Shown here in pieces: positions 60,001-64,000 of a DNA stretch of 64,000 nucleotides (within the stretch, counting starts at the first letter, position 1; every line of letters begins with the position of its first letter). Under the pieces are notes generated by a model, which was given only the letters and a program-made list of their open reading frames with translations, was not told the origin of the DNA and searched no databases. This DNA is from Candidatus Spongiisociaceae bacterium. Its GTDB lineage: Bacteria; Actinomycetota; Acidimicrobiia; Spongiisociales; Spongiisociaceae. The stretch is from contig OZ241841.1 of the NCBI GenBank assembly GCA_965202665.1, forward strand, positions 960,001-1,024,000. The letters are read 5' to 3'. A program made the position numbers and the translations under genes.

Positions 60001-61118
60001 CACCCACCGGCATCACCCTCACCGTCAACCCCGCCAGCCTGCCCGAAGGACAAACCAACCGTCAGATCACCATCACCGCCCGGCTAGACGGCTCCACCAC
60101 CCGATCTGAAGCCACCCAAGTGGCTATAACCATCCCCGGCCCCGACAGCACCGCCACCCCCGCCGACTACCGAATCACCAACCAGCCCACCACCATAACC
60201 ATCCGCCCCGAAACACAATCCGGCTCCGGAACCTTTAACATAACCATCCCCAACACCGACGGCCCCGAACCAAACGAAACCCTCCAAATAACCGGCGCCG
60301 CCGTCGGGTTCACCACCATCACCCCCGCCGTCCTCACCATCCGCAACAGCGCACCTCCGTCGCCCCCAACCACCACACCAAACCCACCCACCGGAGGAGG
60401 TGGAGGAGGAGGGGGGGGCGGCGGTGGAGGCGCGCCTCCTCCGGCCGCGCCGCCCCCCGCGGGCGGAGGAGGTGGTGGCGGAGGAGGGGCCCCACCCCCC
60501 GCCGCGCCCGCACCGCCGACCGCGCCGGTGGTCTGCCAGGGTCGGTTCTGCGACGACGACGGCAGCGTCCACGAAGACAACATCGAGTTGATGGCCATAT
60601 GGGGAATAACCATCGGATGCGACGCCAACGACTCCACCAAATACTGCCCCAGCGCCCAAATCACCCGCAGGCAAATGGCCACCTTCATCTACCGCGCCGT
60701 CAACCCCCGCTGGCCCATCCAGTTCCCCACCGGCATAGAAATAGCCGACGTCCCCGCCGACGCCAGCTACCGCCCCTACGCCAACTGGCTAGTCAGCATC
60801 GGGGCGTTCCAACTAGACGACGGGAACTTCAACCCCCGGGGCATAGTAACCCGAGCCGACATGGCGGTCATGATGGTAGCCGCTTTCCCCCACATCCAAG
60901 CCGTATCCGAATCCCAAAACCTGTTCGCCGACACCGCCAACCTGGACGCGGCCGTGGTGCGGGCCATCGAAGGCATCGCCGAAAGCGAAGTGACCAGAGG
61001 ATGCACCACCACGCCCCCCCTCAGATACTGTCCCAACAACCCGGTAACCCGCGCCCAGATGGCATCCTTCTTCGTAAGAGTAATCAACCAAGCCCCCACC
61101 ACCACCGACGAATCATAA
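54012..61118 (+). CDS. Giant secreted surface protein: signal peptide, Calx-beta/Ig-like repeats, Pro/Gly linker, three C-terminal SLH domains
   Basis: MRRLAVLALAAGLV signal with RBS GGAGG; repeated A....D(Y/F)...TIPAG...DD...E..ET...LTI.D.D modules; FCDDDGSVHE..I...GIT.GC...YCP...TR.QMA SLH motifs. Confidence 0.88.
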   Translation: MRRLAVLALAAGLVWSVLPVAPAAVGAQTVITLSVVDESNTNTVVTSLGEDDAVGGKFFHLKATAASASSSPVTVTVTRGGNATVSDLTLIPLGFGFRAECRSGDACMSSTVFLNVTIPANQTSGTTIFSWPVYTRSDTITEDHETITFSGTASGYTVNGTTLTITDQDRAIKVDIPSDFLVMPERGEGESVNRNGRHVYWPNSRKAVLGGVTNGVFTASTSSTYSQNLSGMRLKVVSGTATQSEILSTNIDVFHEHNSDSNTPLQATITAGSLSGDFIGIYNTNSTLSLGIVSDRRVEPDETFYLRVDRPAGWTWFQTPITVKDANRRVRLTVDTDSEAMGNQDVLTEGDSGSGVSVSANFWNATSSVLPSATAVTLSAAAETPAGAGKATAADFTYAPSTANTISFPAQSVTASGSATLAGLTITDDSVVEGPETFLVNGSSVLGTATKADTLTIYDNDADIELEVSPSSVEEQAGAQQVTVTARFKGSSSILTSATDVAVTVAGAGGATLSSCPVSGGNDACTSLTGNATTISIPAGGTSESATFTVTVPDDSTSESGEKLTLSGTASVGGTAVSVDSADLPIIDAGTRVDLSLHEAVSGEAALSGIAEDGGARTVRVKATAATAVPSQTTISVNVGAMGGTATVGMCTGSGQSRSCSSGDYDRGSATVDVTIPSGGTSATSDVTITPLSDTTAEGEETIRFAGSATGFTVFPADLKITETIELTVSQTSVSEGAANAGAASVTASYAGASTSTLTTATVVTLSFGAGEGAEAADFTAPGAGSEITVSIPGSTTSSSAVALTGLLVVGDRIAEGEEKIDVGGTADGFVVSGTELTIADDDLGVTLTADTDSGTNGEQQTLPEGEAAAVRVRARFTSATTNDLAAVYEIQVTAGEGSPVSATGGGVDFTAPGAAATVTIPAGTALQSGWVNLTGLSVADDTIAEGSETFLITGTATGGTVVAETVTIVDDDVDVSLSASPAEVVEQATAHQITVTARFQGATSVLSAATPVTVTVGSADTSGATVHTAVCPMMMTITADVCTNQTNNQFTVSIPAGGVSGSGSFQLRARVDGDDAEGIEYLKLTGSTSIGQVASAQMGVFDPGRAFTLSFHEPTSGDPALSGITEDGGAQTVRVKATLGAPASSSATVTVNVGTAGGTATLGPIGDYTRGSATATITINSGETSGTADVVLTPRNEGTVEGAETIRFTASATGGYLPAVADLSILETITLALSQSTVDERDANAGAVTVTASFAGASSSSLTQATDVTLSFGAGENAEAADFTAPGAAVTVTIPAGSTSSSAVALSGLLITGDTIAEDAESINIDGTAGGFAVSGTTLVITDDDLDVTLTADTDSGENGNQKTLSEGGTVAVRVQAAFATATSNDIGSALQVRVTAEALSPASAEAGGIDFTPPATPVTVSIPAGQTQSAWTNLTGLAVTDDAVTELAETFRIAGTSVNSGVGITPDTLTIGASDTALEVTASPGSVTESTSAHNITVTAGFAGATSSVLATNTDVTVTVAAGDTNGATVATACSQSMTEDVCTDQTGNSFTIRIPAGQHYHTGSFQLTARVDTDPETTAETVKISGSATVAGTAASDTATINIADSGITLALTNASDSSALSALDENSGTTTIRVTATLPVAAPAGGAVVGLEIDEDSTATVDSNRVWTNREDYRVVWPAKPSGTPSGYATGIAVPAGSTTGHADIQITINDDNVDEPARRIEINGSHVNINSVDYHTVAAALTLNDNDDPPTAITLTLHSTRADSSGEHLTQAHENQETRVRVIAAFQGTATRSAATFVPIVVGKTATGEATPGTDYQTVNTFNVRISGYQTLGADTFLLKTDGTYNDNAFEGPETLTVAGGTLANFTIAQDTLTIIDDDLTVALTLTPNQATEGTTNTSVTLRAAYPTGETLPNPHTITLGRGGTAAAADYTAPALTPLTIPANQNSATRTLSLPITDDSIDEPDETIQITGTSAGIAIEPAVFTIEDNDDPPTGITLTVNPASLPEGQTNRQITITARLDGSTTRSEATQVAITIPGPDSTATPADYRITNQPTTITIRPETQSGSGTFNITIPNTDGPEPNETLQITGAAVGFTTITPAVLTIRNSAPPSPPTTTPNPPTGGGGGGGGGGGGGAPPPAAPPPAGGGGGGGGGAPPPAAPAPPTAPVVCQGRFCDDDGSVHEDNIELMAIWGITIGCDANDSTKYCPSAQITRRQMATFIYRAVNPRWPIQFPTGIEIADVPADASYRPYANWLVSIGAFQLDDGNFNPRGIVTRADMAVMMVAAFPHIQAVSESQNLFADTANLDAAVVRAIEGIAESEVTRGCTTTPPLRYCPNNPVTRAQMASFFVRVINQAPTTTDES
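54983..55498 (+). repeat. Near-identical direct repeat, copy 1 (partner at 62398-62913)
   Basis: Direct comparison by eye at offset 7415 shows only scattered substitutions. Weaker similarity continues to about 56590 (paired with 64000). Confidence 0.9.
55794..58847 (+). repeat. Two internal ~1.5-kb super-repeats in adhesin gene 1
   Basis: LSLHE...ALSGIAEDGGARTVRVKAT (55794) and LSFHE...ALSGITEDGGAQTVRVKAT (57339); a more diverged third start at 58848. Confidence 0.8.
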
Positions 61119-61199
61119 CCCATCCCCCGCCCTCAGGTTTCCCCACCCCCCCCCCCCGGTTAAGGAATCCCCTCCGCTGGGTTATCACCTTCCCTGCGT

Positions 61200-61235
61200 C
61201 AGAGGGTTGCCGAATCCCCGGTCGGTGACCCTTTG
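61200..61235 (+). terminator. Stem-loop downstream of adhesin gene 1 (possible terminator)
   Basis: CAGAGGGTTGCCGA pairs with TCGGTGACCCTTTG, including G-U pairs. Confidence 0.4.
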
Positions 61236-61324
61236 GCATAGCTGTTGAGTATTGCTTCATCGGCTCTCCGCGCAGCCGAATTGGGCAAACGGCGGTTCAA
61301 CACCTCCGCTGACGCGGGGGCAAT

Positions 61325-61351
61325 TTGACAAATTGGGGGGGGGGGTAGCGT
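61325..61351 (+). promoter_or_regulatory. Promoter with a poly-G (G11) spacer, candidate phase-variable
   Basis: 29 bp identical to 53917-53945 (TTGACAAATT-G11-TAGCGTTT). Confidence 0.75.
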
Positions 61352-61408
61352 TTATCGCAATTGGCCCTGATAAGGGCTGGGCCGGAAGCGAAAGATGGAG
61401 GTTGGGCG

Positions 61409-64000
61409 ATGCGACGGCTTGGGCTGTTGGCGTTGGCGGCGGGTTTGGTCCTGTCGCTGTTGCCAGCCGTGCCTGCGGTGATGGGGGCGACGGCGATTAC
61501 GTTCAGTTTGGTTGATCCTTCGGGCAACGCGGTGACCTCGGTGGGGGAGGACAGCGGTTCGAAGGTTGTGCGGTTGAGGGCGTCGGTGGCTTCGGCGCCG
61601 TCCTCCAATTTGCAGATTAGCATCAGTCGGTTGTCCGGTACTGCCACTCAAGGAACGCGTATAGATTTGAATAGGTTTGATCCGGGTCGTCCTCCGAGGC
61701 TTGTTTGCAATTCTGGTGATTACTGTGCTAATGAGCCTTGGAATTTAACTATTCATAGGAATCAAACAAGTGTTACGTCTACTAATTTTACGATTGAACT
61801 GCGGTCGGATAGGATTACGGAGGAGCATGAGACCATCATTTTTTCCGGTTCCGCTTCTGGGCATACGGTGACTCCGGCTACTTTGACGATTACCGATCAG
61901 GACCGGGCGATTAAGGTGAACATATCGCAGGATACGTTACGGGAGAGGGGAGAAGGCGAATCTATGAGTGGACTCTATAGTCATTTGTTTGAACCCACGA
62001 TAACGGTTGTGGTGGGTGGGGTGACGAATGGCGTGTTCACTGCTTCTACTTCTTCAACATACAGCCAAGCTTTAGCGTACAGTGAATCAAATACGACAAA
62101 TATGAGAATACTGACACAGGCGGGAACCGCTGGGGTGATAGACACGGTCAATCAGAATGCCTATTATAATACGGATGTCATTGTAGACCATAATAGTGAT
62201 GGTAATGATCCTATAGGTGTGAAGATAGCCGCCAATTCGGTTTCCGGGACTACCCATTTTGTGTCTGGCGGCGGTAGCATAACCTACCAACTACGAATTA
62301 TAAGGGATGGGGTGGTGGAGCCGGATGAGGTTGTTTATGTTAGGTTGAACACCGTCCCGTCGGGTTGGACGGTGTTTAGGACCCCGATAACTATTCAGGA
62401 TGCGAATCGTCGGGTGAGCTTGACGGTGGATACCGATAGTGAGGCTATGGGGAATCAGGATGTGTTAACGGAAGGGGATTCCGGTTCGGGGGTGTCGGTG
62501 TCGGCTAATTTTTGGAACGCGACGTCTTCGGTGTTGCCTTCGGCGACGGCGGTGACGTTGTCGGCGGCGGCGGAGACTCCGGCGGGGGCGGGTAAGGCGA
62601 CGGCGGCTGATTTCACGTATGCTCCGTCCACGGCGAATACGATTACTTTCCCGGCTCGGAATATCACTGCTTCGGGTTCGGCTACGTTGGCTGGTTTGAC
62701 GATTACTGATGATTCGGTTGTGGAAGGCCCGGAAACTTTTCTGGTGAACGGGTCGTCGGTGCTGGGAACCGCTACTAACGCGGACACGTTGACGATATAT
62801 GACAATGACGCTGATATTGAGTTGGAGGTGTCTCCGTCGTCGGTGGATGAGCAGGCGGGGTCGCAACCGGTTACGGTGACCGCCCGGTTTAAGGGTTCGT
62901 CGTCGATTCTGACGACTGCTACAAATGTGACGGTGTCGGTGGCGGGGTCGGGTGGGGCTTCTTTGGGTTCGTCGTGTCCGACTACTAGCGGGCAGGATGC
63001 TTGCACTAATTTGACTAATAATCAGATGACGGTGTCTATTCCGGCGGGTGCGACGTCGGGGACCGGAACGTTTATGGTGACGGTTCCTGATGATAGTACG
63101 AGCGAGTCGGGGGAGAAGCTGACGCTGTCGGGTTCGGCGTCAGTGGGCGGGACGGCGGTGACGGTGGAGTCGGTGGATTTGCCGATTGTGGATGTGGGGA
63201 CGCGGGTGGATCTGTCGTTACATGAAGCGACGGCGGGCGAGGCGGCGCTGGCGGGGATAGCGGAGGGTGGGGGGGCGGAGACGGTGCGGGTGAAAGCTAC
63301 GGCGGGAGCGGCGGTGACCTCGGATACGACGATTAGCGTGAATGTGGGGGCGGCGGGGGGTACGGCGACGTTGGGGACATGCACGGGTAGCGGACAGTCC
63401 CGGTCTTGCACAAGCGGCGACTACGACCGGGAGGCGGCGACGGTGGATGTGACGATCGCGTCGGGTGAGACTTCCGGGACGGCGGATGTGACGATCACTC
63501 CCCTGTCGGATACGGTGGCGGAGGGGGAGGAAACGGTTCAGTTCACCGGTTCCGCCGCCGGGTTTGCCGTGTTCCCCGCGGATTTGAAAATCACCGAAGA
63601 GATTACGTTGACCCTCAGCCAGCCGTCAATAGGCGAGAGCGCGACGAACGCGGGGGCGGCCACGGTGACGGCCGCGTTCGCGGGGGCGTCTACTTCGGAG
63701 TTGACGGGGGCGACGGTTGTGACGTTGTCGTTCGGGGCGGGCGAGAACGCGGAGACGTTGGATTTCACCGCTCCCGGCACCGCGATCACGGTGAGCATTC
63801 CGGCTTCTTCCACCTCCAGTTCCGCTACCGCTCTGACCGGTTTGCTGATTACCGGGGATTCGATCGCGGAGGGGGAGGAGAAAATCGATGTTGGGGGGAC
63901 GGCGGATGGGTTTGTGGTGAGCGGAACGGAGCTGACCATAAACGACGATGATCTGGGGGTTACCTTAACGGCGGACACCGACAGCGCCACCGGGCAGCAG
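61409..64000 (+). CDS. Second giant surface protein, paralogue of 54012-61118 (runs off the window; absent from the ORF track)
   Basis: RBS GGAGG and ATG at 61409; MRRLGLLALAAGLVLSLLP signal. Colinear with gene 1 and still in frame at the window end (DDDLGVTLTADTDS). Confidence 0.88.
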   Translation, partial: MRRLGLLALAAGLVLSLLPAVPAVMGATAITFSLVDPSGNAVTSVGEDSGSKVVRLRASVASAPSSNLQISISRLSGTATQGTRIDLNRFDPGRPPRLVCNSGDYCANEPWNLTIHRNQTSVTSTNFTIELRSDRITEEHETIIFSGSASGHTVTPATLTITDQDRAIKVNISQDTLRERGEGESMSGLYSHLFEPTITVVVGGVTNGVFTASTSSTYSQALAYSESNTTNMRILTQAGTAGVIDTVNQNAYYNTDVIVDHNSDGNDPIGVKIAANSVSGTTHFVSGGGSITYQLRIIRDGVVEPDEVVYVRLNTVPSGWTVFRTPITIQDANRRVSLTVDTDSEAMGNQDVLTEGDSGSGVSVSANFWNATSSVLPSATAVTLSAAAETPAGAGKATAADFTYAPSTANTITFPARNITASGSATLAGLTITDDSVVEGPETFLVNGSSVLGTATNADTLTIYDNDADIELEVSPSSVDEQAGSQPVTVTARFKGSSSILTTATNVTVSVAGSGGASLGSSCPTTSGQDACTNLTNNQMTVSIPAGATSGTGTFMVTVPDDSTSESGEKLTLSGSASVGGTAVTVESVDLPIVDVGTRVDLSLHEATAGEAALAGIAEGGGAETVRVKATAGAAVTSDTTISVNVGAAGGTATLGTCTGSGQSRSCTSGDYDREAATVDVTIASGETSGTADVTITPLSDTVAEGEETVQFTGSAAGFAVFPADLKITEEITLTLSQPSIGESATNAGAATVTAAFAGASTSELTGATVVTLSFGAGENAETLDFTAPGTAITVSIPASSTSSSATALTGLLITGDSIAEGEEKIDVGGTADGFVVSGTELTINDDDLGVTLTADTDSATGQQ
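62398..62913 (+). repeat. Near-identical direct repeat, copy 2 (partner at 54983-55498)
   Basis: Direct sequence comparison. Confidence 0.9.

Noticed and set aside
61283-61315. c-di-GMP-I riboswitch-like GGCAAAC...GACGC stem
   Set aside because: It lacks the GNRA loop, AAAG junction and P3 receptor stem, and lies upstream of the predicted promoter. An Rfam/Infernal scan would settle it.
54983-62913. Diversity-generating retroelement template/variable repeat pair
   Set aside because: Mismatches are not adenine-specific, both copies are coding stalk regions, and no reverse transcriptase is in the window.

Overview
A high-GC bacterial chromosome segment. Gene content, many leaderless TAnnnT starts and SLH-anchored giant surface proteins suggest Actinomycetota, probably Acidimicrobiia and possibly host-associated (inference). 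Core content: partial metF-like gene, pabB-pabC fusion, three RDD genes, class II RNR nrdJ, a HisA-like/VOC fusion, CoA-disulfide reductase, arsM, sufB, gltBD, amt-PII-amt, an FAD oxidase-aconitase X operon, the tilS-hpt-ftsH-folE-folP-(pseudophosphatase)-folB-folK cluster, an inositol ABC/iol cluster, alr, a 5'-3' exonuclease and a sulfurtransferase. The main points of interest are: (1) a tandem pair of giant Calx-beta/Ig-repeat adhesin genes (SLH anchor visible in the complete one). Each has an identical TTGACA-AATT-G11-TAGCGT promoter (candidate slipped-strand phase variation), a mosaic hypervariable N-terminal tip and a near-identical stalk. (2) An AT-rich two-gene island encoding a TauD-like Fe/2OG dioxygenase coupled to a HEPN (RxxxxH)/Zn-ribbon protein, a candidate defence system. 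(3) A PII protein lacking Tyr51, Gln39 and Lys58, next to an Amt paralogue with an altered binding site. (4) A 23-bp tandem array whose gene-proximal copy forms the promoter of an AAA/DUF4143 ATPase. I saw no rRNA, tRNA, CRISPR array, transposase or integrase. All calls come from motif recognition by eye; no searches were run.
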